Source: Tubulanus polymorphus
Taxonomy: Eukaryota; Animalia; Nemertea
Assembly: GCF_964204645.1 (NCBI RefSeq)
Contig: NC_134025.1
Coordinates: forward strand, 5,084,001-5,148,000
DNA length: 64,000 nucleotides
Direction: 5' to 3'
Positions 14,268-26,700 of the stretch are shown here, piece after piece. Under the pieces are notes generated by a model. The model did not search any database and was not told where the DNA came from. It worked only from the letters and a program-made list of their open reading frames with translations. Every line of letters begins with the position of its first letter. Position 1 is the stretch's first letter. A program made the translations under genes and the position numbers.

Positions 14268-14864
14268 TATTCATGGTTAATTGTTCCATTTTTTTATTTT
14301 ATTCATTTTTCTTGTTTTGTCGTTGTATTTTTTGTGATATAATATTTCATTACCGGTGAAATAAGCCCCACACTGTGTCAAAGGTTAAAACGTCATGAGT
14401 CTGAATCAGTGTATAGATACAAATGGAATTGTTTTGAAGGTTTTTTATTGAACGTTGGCACCCCTAAATTAATAGGTCCAATCATGGATGTAAAAACTAG
14501 TTTATACGTCCATGGTCCAATGTATATGACCACAAATTGATGGAGTTGTACTTGTAAGCGAATAAATCAGATTGCGCTGCTCCTTTCCAAAAGTGGGAGG
14601 TGAAAAAACTGTTGAAAAAAGCTTTTCGGTTAGCTCATATATTTATTAGATGAACACTTGGGGCAGCTAGGACACAGCCATCTCAGAAACATTCTTTGTT
14701 CATAAACATTGTAGTATGTAAATTTGTAAGTAGTGATTGATAATATATTCAAATGATATTGAGATGATAATAATCATACAAACAAGGTAACGGTTTTTAT
14801 TGACTTGTAAATTGTTGAATAAAAACGTTGTTTGAATTCAAATATATCTTAAGTTCGTCGATAT

Positions 14865-16128
14865 CTATTCCTTGTGAGTTCGGAGCTTTGTAGCGTTGTC
14901 TTGAAGAAACCTGGAGAATGACAGCTTGTCTATCTTGACACCAGTACGACTTTTCGCCTCCAGATAAAGTTCCAGTGCTTCCCGACGCGGCAAGCCGATG
15001 CTCCTATACATGTCCGGTGTCGGTATTCCTAACAGTTTTCTGATTGCCTTAGTTATTACCTAAAACATTGAGTTTTCTATTCAGGATCAAGGAATATCTA
15101 CTCCGACTTGGGATGCAATTTATGGTCACTAGTAGTCTACTACTCGCTTTGGCGGAGATGAGAGGATGATTAAATGTAGGGATGAAGAAAAATATACATA
15201 TACAACTATTTTGATCTGAAAATTATACATTTGATATATTCAATATATACCACCAACCTGTTGAGACTTGAATTACGGGGCAGTCGGGCACTTTTTTGTT
15301 GGATTGGAAATTATTTAAAAAGTTGCTATCGTAATACATGCTATATCCTCTTGTATATAATAAATTTCACGATTTTCATGGCCAGATTTGTTCAGAATCG
15401 ATCTCAAAGCTTGGACAAATTAAACAATTTCTAGGTGAGGGCTCGCTTAATCTGCAATCTCGTAACCTTGCTAGTTATGGCAAAACCTCAATGGCCGCAC
15501 CATTGAAAATTTCCTCCCAATAATTTCGAAGAAGAATTTCTGGCCTGGTAATCAATTAATCATAACATTATTCTCGGTGAAAGTAAAGTGAGATTAATCT
15601 TTTTGGATTGCGAAACGGGTGAGACTAGGTTAAAAAAACGTCGAGCTTCGGAATGTATTGTCGATTATTACCTTCATATGTTCGTAATCGGTAATTCCAA
15701 TCTTGGGAAGACTGCACATGTCCAGAAATATCAGTTTCTTGCCGTTGATGAAATTATCGATAAAACACAGCTATAATTATTACCAAAACTAAATTTGTTT
15801 AACTCGGCTTTAAGCACATTAAAACTAATTGGTCAAACAGAATCCAAAATATATATTAGGTATACAGTGGAACCTCAACGAACTTCACGGGAACAAAAAA
15901 TATCTTCGTTATAACCGATAGTTCGTTGTATCCAGTATGATTAAATTAATTGAATTTTCTTACTTTGCGTTTATCGGTAATATGAAAATACGAAGCTACC
16001 TTGTACTGGGGGAAGCCTAGATCTGAGATCCAACACGCGACCTGCTGTTCGGGCCAAGTGACGCAGTGAGGCACCAATGCTTGGACTTTTCTCTCGAGAT
16101 TTTTTCGAGTGGATGCAAGTTGGGCCAT
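14865..16128 (-). CDS. SAMD15: SAM-domain protein SAMD15-like; exons 16000-16128, 15672-15770, 14865-15059 (alternative in-frame ATG at 16146)
   Basis: Spliced product W..QQVACWISDLGFPQYK|LCFIDNFINGKKLIFLDMCSLPKIGITDYEHMK|VITKAIRKLLG...RSIGLPRREALELYLEAKSRTG resembles the SAMD15 C-terminal region; GT-AG phase-0 introns. Confidence 0.85.
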
Positions 16129-16145
16129 CTTTCGGGATCCCTGCA

Positions 16146-16159
16146 TTTACCAAGGAAAC
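16146..16159 (-). promoter_or_regulatory. X-box-like motif GTTTCCTTGGTAAA at the SAMD15 start
   Basis: 12/14 match to GTTTCCATGGTAAC; second partial site GTTGCCGTTAAC ~15 bp further upstream. Confidence 0.4.
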
Positions 16160-16809
16160 GTCATTGACGGAATGTTGCCGTTAACTACTGTAACCACGAT
16201 ATCCTGTGAGACTGACGAATGTATGACGAGTGCATATGCGTGAAAGGTATCAAATGTACAGTTTATTTGCTTGATTTCCATCACAATCAGAACTCGGCGC
16301 TATCCGAAACCCGACTCAAAAATTAGGAGGATGAAGCAAACGAAATTCTGAAAGGCCTAACTAAAACGAGAGCAGGTCACCTGATTTTTATCGTCACTAT
16401 CCGGCAGATCTATTGAAGTATGTCGGTGGCCTGATTTCTATTTTGCCGGCCACACTGTTGCATTCGATAGAACACCTTCCTGCAAGTATTCTATCTTGTT
16501 TCTATCAGGCATTAGTGATAGCCTAAAGAGCAACGATTTACCCCAAAAATCACCCCACAACAATGAATATTTAAGACAATTTTTCGAGACTAGAATTATA
16601 TTACATGTAAATACATTAAGTTAATTTAACGGAGAATACTTGGAGTGGGAATTTGGAGTTGGCTATTGACTATGCGTTGAACTTAACAGCTTCGTGTGAA
16701 AACAAGACAAATTGTCCAAAGGTTTTTGCATGAATGCACGTACATGAACTTACCACACATATCTTAGACTCACAAATATCACAAAAAATCGAGTTTTCAG
16801 TACTCATTA

Positions 16810-16878
16810 TTCAATTTCTTCAAGATTTCCGCTTCCCTGCTAGGGGTTGAGCAAAGATCCGTCATATTAGAATATCAA
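16810..16878 (-). promoter_or_regulatory. SECIS element (type II) in the deiodinase 3' UTR
   Basis: Minus strand AUGAC-GGAUCUUUGCU-CAAC-CCCU-AGC-AGGG-A-AGCGGAAAUCU-UGAA: UGA/GA quartet, 11-bp helix II with one mismatch, unpaired AA, apical mini-helix. Confidence 0.88.
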
Positions 16879-17025
16879 CGAATACCGTACTACTGCGGTT
16901 CTTGGTATTTCCATTAGTTAGTTTGTTCTGATGGCTATATTAACATTACCTTGATTTAAATTCGGACACAATAAGACACAACACACTTTTAAGATAGATT
17001 TTGTTAATGTTTGAAGCTATTTAGA

Positions 17026-17847
17026 TCATCCATCCAAGTTTTCATTTTCTACGCACACCATCACGGGATAATTCGTTTCAAGCCAAGTCAACAGATCTTT
17101 CGGATTGAAAGAGAATGGTCCGACTCCACCTTGATATTTGATGATTCCGCCGACGATGGCGTAAATCCGTTCATTCACCGCACCAAACGATCGCATGCAA
17201 TTATTGTCAAGATCGTCGACGACGACAAAAAACGGTAGACCCATTTCAATGATAAACGTCGCCGCGGCGAATCTATCACTTAATGTACGGTGCATGTTTA
17301 CTTCCCGGCCGGTGCTCCGAAAACCCGGCCAGCGATCAGTAGGATGAGATTCGTCGATATAAACTAAAACGAAATCAACGACGCCAGAAAAATCAAAAGC
17401 CATTCTGCTGAGATCTTCCAAAGCATCCATAAACGGTGGTCAGGTGCAGTTCCCGAAGATGACCACCAAAGGTCTGCCGTTTCTCGCGTAATCCATCAGT
17501 TTCGCTTGTTTTTGGTCTACAACAGCAAAAACCGTAGGGTTAGGCGCTTCCTGGTTTATGCGCGCTAATTTCAATGTATCGTAGTAATGGGTTTTCAGTA
17601 CAAGTTTAAAACTTTCCAGCGAAAACAGCGACTCGGCCGCCTCAGTAGTGAAATTTTCGTATTGTCGTTTAGCCACGTTGGTCATTTTCGAAACGGCAAC
17701 CCTGCGAATCGGTGGAAATATTCCGATAGGAAACAACATCAAATGAATGTAGCAAATGACGATAAAGATGATGAAAAATCGTAGCCATGTGAATGTACGT
17801 CTTACGCCCGACGACAAGTCCGATACAAATTTATTCCAGCCTCCCAT
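17026..17847 (-). CDS. Iodothyronine deiodinase (selenoprotein), intronless, ~273 aa, Sec codon TGA at 17440-17442
   Basis: Two listed ORFs are in frame across TGA giving RPLVVIFGNCT-U-PPFM; also YIDESHPTDRW, VDDLDN, ERIY motifs and an N-terminal hydrophobic segment; ATG at 17847 in good Kozak context (listed ORF start at 17934 is TTG). Confidence 0.93.
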
Positions 17848-19069
17848 GTTTCTTGTGAGAAAACGGTTTTTGAGATGTCTCCAATGTTGGATCCCAATAT
17901 GTATTTGGTGCGCGCCAAAAACCGCCGCTTCCAATCATTACATCAGCTTAAAAATTACAGCGTGTTATTGGTTTCGATCAAGATGACGTCATCATTTTCT
18001 AACTGGCCAAGTGCGAACAAATATCGATATCATGTCACTGAATCATTCATCAGGATACAGTTTCATCAGATGCTGTGTGTATAACTGCGAAGATACCGGG
18101 GATAAAAACTTAAGACAGAAACCTGTATGCCTCAGCGAAATCTATCTCTTCCAATGAGTAATAAATTATTCCCATTTCCATAGAACAGCATTTCCAAAAG
18201 GTTTAAATTGTCCGAAGCTTCAGATTAGCCACGCTGTACTTTTCCTACTTTTCCTTGCAATCCCGATGCGGATATAAGAACTCGAAGATCCGAAAATAAT
18301 TTCTTCTTTTTCAACAGGTCCTCTTCAATCATATATCGGTGATATTCGGTTTCCGAAAACCTCATTGCGTCGGAATGAGATCGTTTCTAGAGCACTCATT
18401 TGTCATCGAGAAATAAGCTTGAATGAGATCATTTAGCCAGAGGCAATTGAACCCGTAACCGAATCTGGGCTAAATGATTCCCCGTTAGCAAACAAATGTG
18501 AAGTGTGATAAGCTTTTTGGTAATTGCTAGGCATCGGCGGTCAATTTGAGGAATCGATCGCAGAAAGGGCGGTCGACTTTTTGGAAAATGAATGATGCAT
18601 TTAATACAATACATTCAATAGTTCGAAATGATACTCAAGTGATAAGATTGCCAGAAATTAACCAAATATTGAAATTTTGTGCAATCTTCGTCATTCAAAG
18701 AACTAAAAGATCCGTGGTATCTACGGTGCTATCAAGATCTTTTGTTTTCTAAAACCAGTATTGATGGCGAAGATAAGGCTCGAGTGGAACTAAGCCACAT
18801 GGCTTGTTGCAAGTCTACTAAAGTTCTACTGTTTTAAATTCGACTGCCCGCGGTGCGCAATTCTGTCAGGTAACTGTACGGTGCTGCCACCATGTCACCT
18901 TGCTGCCCGGAGCTGTCCAGACCGCGTCGATGGATGCCCGTATGGTGCTGCCGCCATGCCTTAACGACCAACGTTAGATCCAACAGCAAGATCCACTACT
19001 ACTAGCAACGTTAGTTTGTTTTCCAGTTAAGTCATTGTTTCGAGCGTTTATTATTCTTCAAACACTACA

Positions 19070-20131
19070 ATGACGACTTACAGAGTAAGTATATCTAATC
19101 TACTTTATTTACAACAGCAGAAATTCACCTTGAACAATTCAAAATTAACCCAAAATTGGTAAAAAAGAATAATAATCGTACAAAAATTCCTCTTGTGCTA
19201 ACTACCAAAAAATAAAACGTACGTCCAGACCAGTCACCAGGACCAGTCTGAGCTTCTGGAATCTGTGTGCGGAGTGCGGCTTTTGAGCGACTGCAATTTA
19301 GGTGTCCCCCAGGCAGTGTTATATACCTCTAACCTAACCTTAACCATAACACTGTTCTTTTTTGACACTCTGATATTATTGTCATTTATATTATAATTTT
19401 ATAGCGCCACTGAAAAGGTTCCCTAAACTGCAGTTAGACCAGCCAAGGCCTCCGTCGCACGACCCTCCACGCACTCTGCAGTTTGATATGACTGATTGAT
19501 ACCTATGAATCTTTTTTGAATTTAGGCTGCTGATTCCAAACGGGAAGAGTACAGAAAATACTTAGAAAAGGCTGGAGTACTAGATGCTTTAACTAAAGGT
19601 AGACTATCCTATCCGTGAATGCATGATTGGTTTTTGATTACAGATGAACTCAATGACAAAGTGGTGCACCACCTTTTCCTTGTTAAGCTTTATAATTTCT
19701 AAACATACTTTTCAGTACTTGTCACGTTATATGAAGAACCCGAAAAACCAAACAATGCCTTAGAGTATCCTTTTATCGAAAACAGAACCAACATAGTTGT
19801 TAGTCTAACACTTGACATAGAATTTTATGAAAATCAATGATGGACTCTTCATTTGATTCCTTAACAAGCGTTAAAGCTTTCTTCGTCAGCATATCGGAGC
19901 TAGTGGGCCAGAAACTGCTGATGTCGAAGCACTTCGGTTAGAGGTCACGGAACTTAGACAAAAAGTTGAACAGTTAACCGAAGAAAACAATGAGCTCAAA
20001 GCTAAGGTAAGTTTAAAATATCTTAGTCAACAGTACCTTGAAAACTTTTTCATTAACATGCAATGTTTATGTATATATTTTTTCTAATTATTTGCCTTTT
20101 TCAGCTTCAACAAGAGCCAGCAGCTGAATAG
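19070..20131 (+). CDS. MYCBP: c-Myc-binding protein (AMY-1); exons 19070-19084, 19526-19598, 19716-19764, 19877-20006, 20105-20131
   Basis: Spliced MTTYR|AADSKREEYRKYLEKAGVLDALTK|VLVTLYEEPEKPNNALD|FLRQHIG...ENNELKAK|LQQEPAAE*; absent from the ORF track because exons are short. Confidence 0.93.
19765..19876 (+). other. U12-type (minor spliceosome) GT-AG intron in MYCBP
   Basis: 5' site GTATCCTTT, branch site TTCCTTAAC at 19857-19865, no polypyrimidine tract before the AG; removal restores the reading frame. Confidence 0.92.
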
Positions 20132-22004
20132 ATGCATTCCACTAATTTACTTTTACTCGGAACTTCTGATTTAGATCTTCTACAATAACATTTTACCAGT
20201 ATTTTCACTGTGTGTACATATCATCAATTAGTTTACTAGGAATGTTCAGATTACGACTACATTTGGTCTCTATTGGTGTCGTTTCAAAAATTTGGAAAAA
20301 AGTTCCAACGGCACCCGGTACAGGAGTTGTTTATGTCAGAAGTTTACTGGAGCATATTTTGGTTACACAGCGTTTGAAATTTGCCTTCATTTATGAAATT
20401 ATCAGCCTAAAATATTTAATTTAAATGTACAAGACAATGCTGAAAGCTGGAATGTTTTAACTTTGCCGTTCGCTTGGAATTTATCCTAGCAGCTGAAGCA
20501 ATTAATTCAAATGAAATCGTCGACATGCCTAGCATAATCATCTGACACTAGATATCTATTATAAACCATATTCATTTCTGTTGTGCTGATTTTTTAAGAT
20601 GTTTAGAAATTTACATTTGTCATATTCAATGATTAAAATGCTCTATCTATATTTCTGTTATTTTTTCGCCACATATGCTCAGAATTATCTAAATTCTATG
20701 AAAAACGATGTCTGAACGAGGCTTCATTTAATTATCATTTCATTTTCAATTAGAAAGACCTAGCCTTAAATGTTATTTCTCCACGTATTTATTTGAGGTT
20801 TTCGTATATTCTCGTGAAAAATGTGAACAAGGAGGGGTCACAAGTTTGTGCTTTATTCATTAGCTATATTTTTTTATTCGTATGATTCAGTTGTATGGCA
20901 CCAATTCATCATATTTTAGTCAAAATTTTGGTTTGAAACAAATGTCATACAGATATGTGGCACCAGTTCATTTAATTATTCGTATATTTTGGAGTCAAGT
21001 TGGTCAGTAAGTGCAATTTTTTAGATGCAGTTGTGATCGGTACTGGTGATTGTTACATGATGCAAGCAGCATTACAGTAATATATATAAATCAGCTTATA
21101 TTTATTTTGTAAAAAAAAAACGTAATTTATAAGTGAAACAGTCGATTTATCTGCTGTAAATTCTGATAATTATTATCTAATAAATGTTGCGTATTTTATA
21201 CTTGAAACAAAACCTTGAATAGCTTGTTTTTTTGTAGTAAGACGAGATAAACTCCAAAATTTGACGGAGAACAATTAACAATATATTAAGACATCTCTAC
21301 TGGACCCATTAGTTTCAAATGACTAGTTAGAAGATTGCGCCAAATTACATGTGTATGTAATGTATGTCCCCACATAGATTACAAGACCCTCTTTGTGCCA
21401 TTTGTTTGAATAGATTAGATCGAGATAGCTGCAGTCATACGGACTGGTCAAATTGTAATGGTTTGTGCATAATTAGAATTTTTTAAATCACTCACTCGTT
21501 GCTAAAATACTATCAAACGATGCTGTTAAAACAAGTGATGAGAATCACTTCCAGAACAAACCATTTGACCCATGTTAATATTTGCTTCGAGCCTGGTCTG
21601 AATTTTCTGGCCGGGTAAAATTTTGTGTAAATGGTCGGCCCTAGTAAAAAATTCCTGTGTGCAGCTGATTATGGAATCTCTGGAACCAATATTACGTACG
21701 AGTAATCCATTTCTAATTGTATTTAGTTAGAATAATTTTATTTCATACATGTATGAAAAACATAGATTAAGTTTAACAATGATACATGAAAATATCTTTA
21801 ACAGCAAAAACGAATAATGTTCATTATCCAAGGACTACTTTCAACACATAGTCAAAATGTAGTAGTATAAACCTGATATTTCCCGGTATGTATAGACAAA
21901 TATATCGAAACTTCATCAAGGCTAGGCTTTTTATAAACATACATTTTCCATTTATTTTGATTGACTAGTTCTCATATAGCCCATTGATCAGCTGGAATTG
22001 TTTC

Positions 22005-22271
22005 CAGGTTTCTTACGGGTGAATTCAAATTTCCCTGATTTTCCGCGACCCTTTAGCTAAGAGTCCTTGATTGAACTGGATACAAGATATCCTCACTGGG
22101 GGCCATTTCCTTATACCACTCATCACCAGTAGGAACATGAGACTAAAAATCAAGTCCCTAACCTTTACCCAATTTTCAAGAGAAGAGTCAGAATTCCCCG
22201 ATTTTCCCTGCAGACAATAGGGAAAATAAATCCGGAATTCCCTGATTTTCCCTGATCTGCTAAGAACTCTG
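22005..22271. mobile_element. Degenerate non-autonomous DNA transposon (hAT-like ends)
   Basis: CAGGTTTCTTAC ... CTAAGAACTCTG ends, repeated subterminal TTCCCTGATTTT motif, partial flank match ATTGT. Confidence 0.4.
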
Positions 22272-23748
22272 ATTGTAGATAGGCTGTTGAAAACCCTACA
22301 AAACCATTGGTATATATTGAATGAATATGACTTATGCAGAAGTTTTTCCATAAATGTATTTATTATGGCTTAATTTACATAGATCCACAGCTATTACATT
22401 AACCACTAACTAGATACAGTTATGCCAACCACATGGTTTTTGGTAGCATCTTACCAACGGTTGTGGCATAACTGATCAATTTTTCATTTCAGGTTATGTT
22501 CCGGACATTTTGGTACAAATATCACAAATTTCCATTATTTAACAGACAAAACAATAATTCGAATACTGGGACTTGTACACTACTCAAGGATTATTTCTTT
22601 TACCTCAATACCCCTTGTTGCATAGACACTGGACTTACAATGCAATCTACATATTTCAATATGTACACTACAGTTTTTATAATTAAAATAGTTTAAAATG
22701 ATGACGTGAAAAAAATAAATAGTGGTTTTGATAGTTTTATAACATTCAGAATATAAATATACTTTACTCAAATGAATGTAAATAGAGATTTGAAATGCCT
22801 TTGACGATAAGCATAGGTATATAAGGCACAACACTATTTGACCGGTTAAATTCTATTCAATTTCAAATTTTAGAAATGGTGCCTTTCTGTAGGTTGGGAC
22901 TTGTAAAACTTTCACCATTAGTGGATGAGAGGTGGCTTTTGTGTAAAAATATCAGTAAAATGTGATGATCATTAGTAATACGAATAAGTAATAAGTAATA
23001 AGAATACTCCCCATTTACAATATCAACGTTCAATAACAACTTTATCACAGCCACATCTAACAATATAAAGTGACTAAGTACTCTTGCCTTCCGTATCTAT
23101 CAAATCAGTTAACTCCATTTTACTGTAGAAATGTAATTCTTGAAATCCTCAGTAATTTACTCAATCATTTCAATCACAATCACAATGTACTAATCACTGA
23201 CCGGTGTCTCATCAGCTAGTAGCGGCTTTAAAAACGTAAACTGTGCTCACAACAACTTGTAGAGATCAATGATAATAAACCGAGAATCAACACTTAATAA
23301 TCATAAGGTTTTCAAAGAAAAAATGAGCGAAAACTTGAATTCAACATGAGCCACAAATAATCACATCATTGGTATCTAGCTTCTTGACATCATATCATGA
23401 ATACTTGATTCAGATTGTACTATAGAGTTTACTGAGTACTGTCATTTAAGAGACAGTCGTAAAACATCTAAACTATTGCTAGAATTAAATAGTTCGTTAC
23501 ATTATATGAGTATTACCCATTCAATTAGATATACATGTATATATACTTGTTCAATTTCAGTTTGCCTCATATATGTTTTATTCGATTTTACATGCCGTAA
23601 CCGTTTAATTGTCCCTGAAAACAAAAAGTACTCTGACGCACCAACTCAAGGGTTACCGAAGGAAATATTTTTATCCCTGCTGTTGATAATTACTTCCATC
23701 AGCAGGAAGCATTTTGCCTTTTAGTAAATCTAGTTGGTTAAAACGGAA

Positions 23749-26700
23749 TTACATTAGACCAGGATTAAGCTGTAGTTCATCTTGATCTCCAGTCTGATCA
23801 TCATCTTCATAATTCAAATCACTGGCCTCCATTAACTTTCTCATCATGCCCATGATCGTTTCGTTTTGCTCAGTGAGGTTCTTCAGTCGAAGGCGCATTT
23901 TTCCAATGTCTTTCTGAATGACTTCTTGTTGTTCTTCGATTCTTTCAATGTCATCCTAAATAATAAATAGGTTAATTTTCATATTACTACAATGACTATT
24001 TTCATATCATGATACATGATGAAAGACATTGGAACATAAATGTTCGATGAGAAGCCACCATAGAGAAAATGTTTGTATTGATTATCTAGTTCTGACACTC
24101 CAGATTCCAACTCACCAGTTCTGGATTAAGAGCCTGAGCTATAGTGGATGCTGATAATGTGCTTTCCCAATTCATAAATTTTCTCACAGCCCCCATTCTT
24201 TTGTTCGGTCGAATCGTTTCGCACTTGCGTATAAACTTCCGTCTCAGAAATTGTGGCAAGATGCCTTCAACTTCAAGAGCCAATTCAACCTAGAGAATAT
24301 TAACACATGAAGTTCATCAATACAGAGATACTGAACTAAAATATTTTTCTAATGTGAAGAAAATAAGAAGCTGTACCTGCATTGCTAATCTCTTAAGGAC
24401 AGCCTGTTCTTGTACAGCTTTGATGTCATCTACAGCCAAACCAACCTACAACATTTAGAATATACTATTAACGCAACCATAAACTCATTAATATTTCAAC
24501 ATTAAGCCAGCTCTTTAAACCACTTAAAATCAACTTGTCAATCATAAATATTACAATATTGAGAAGTAAGATTTTTTGTATACAAATAATTGTATCTGAA
24601 TTATATAAAACAGTTACAACACTGAATGAGCGCTTCATCTGCTGAGATACAGAAAAGAACATCTGATATCACACATAAAATATCTGAATACATGTGTATG
24701 TTGCACGTGACGAGTGATCAGCATTCATTACAGCACGCTTATATTCATTTTGATTCACTAATAATTTCGATTTTGATCCTTCTTTCGAAACTCAATCCAA
24801 TCAAATTGAAGCATTCTGATTTCTCTTGATTACATACACATAAATAAATTGGAGTCATCCCTATATCATCATATACACAATATTGATATTAAAGTCATAT
24901 TTTTCCTTCACCTCCAATTTGTGTATCTTTTGATTTTAAACCCCTTCATCCTAATGTATACGTAATGTATGGATGAACCTAATCATGAATTCTAGGAGCA
25001 TTTATCGATAAAGCTTTAATCAGACGAAAACATCTCGAGGTAAAATCAGAGGATGCTGTTAGGAATTGAATCTATTCGGAAAATCATTAAGACGCATGAT
25101 CCAAAAAAATAACACCCTGGGTCTGACATTACACAGGCAGGAAATTGGCCAAATGGACCTATCTAAATGCAATATTCGGGGGATTAGTGAGGAATCAAAG
25201 ATCTATTATGGGAAGAATGTAGAAAAGAAACAAGTTCTCCTACTCGAATGCAAACATAAATTAAACTAGGTATTCTACATTTTTAGTTAAAACAAAAACA
25301 ACAACGAACATTTTAATGTAGATACATTAATACATATATGAGTAAAGAGTGATTAATTCGAGTGAAACAACAATTGGCAAAGAGTGAAGGACGAAGGACT
25401 CTATAGGACAGTAGTGCGCCGAGATTGTTATAAATTACCAGCAAGTTCATCGTGATGATTGACATCATGATGACAAATGTATAGAATAGGATATAGGACA
25501 TGGTCTCATAGAACACCATTGAGACATAGGTAGCTTCGGATCTCGGGTACATAGTCGTAAACAAATCGTCGTACTCAAATTCACCGATCATCATTACGGT
25601 CGTCTTAATGAGCGAAAAGTCGAATCGTCGAAACGACACCTGAAACATATACCGATCGCAACGCGTTAGTTTCAACAGTTTCAACATTATCTAACCACTA
25701 CTTACCAGTAAATTCATTATAATGATCGACATGACGATGAGGAAGCCAACGAATAATATATACATGGTAATCGGGTAAAAATGGTTTCCCGCGTATGAAC
25801 CATCGAGCGTATGAAACACGCCTTCATATTCCATTTCACCGATCATCATCACCATCGTCTTCACTAATGTTTTACCGAATGAATTAAACGTCACCTGCAA
25901 TATTCGCCCGTCAAACAACACTGCATATACATGTATATAATACAACACATGACTGCACAGACCGATGGAGTAACAATTATCAATGCCGGTATTATACCTT
26001 ATTATCATTTACATTATTCCTTACTTATTAAAGCTCATTATTATTACTATTTATCATTAAATTCTTTTTCAAGGGGCCTGAACGTCCTAGTGATCATACA
26101 GCCTTTATGGCTCTATTCAGGCCCCCAATCATCAAACTTGTGCATTAATACAAGCCCTTTATAATGTCACTGTTGGGAACAATGAAAAACATGGCAATAA
26201 AATGAAGCCATCATGATCAAGAATGGTATTTTCATTGAATATGACTTAGATTGAGCAAATCTGTTCTCTGTAAATGTTGGTGTCAAATGAGCAGTGGCAT
26301 TAACAAAGATAGCGTTATAAAGCCATGGACATTGACTGGTATCGTTTTATAGTCAATTACTGTGTATGAATGATTGAATTACATAATCTTTGAATTAGGC
26401 ATGAATCAAAACCAGCCGAGACCTTAACAATACATTGATAGGCTATCGTGTCAGTGTACAGTCACTTGTTACAATTCACAATTTGTCCGTTTTTTACGAT
26501 GGGACAGATATTATACAAACCTGATTTTGTAACAGCATGTAAAACGCGAATGCGAACGCCAATATGAACAGAACGAACACGACGAAGAAACGAAGAAATG
26601 TACGGAAAACATCCGTAAACATCACCACGTAGATACCAAAACGCGGAACTTTACGAATGAATAACACAAGATCGATCCACGCTAAAAATATACTCGCTGC

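Noticed and set aside
17026-17934. Two separate deiodinase ORFs or a nonsense pseudogene
   Set aside because: The TGA is at the catalytic Sec position and a SECIS follows
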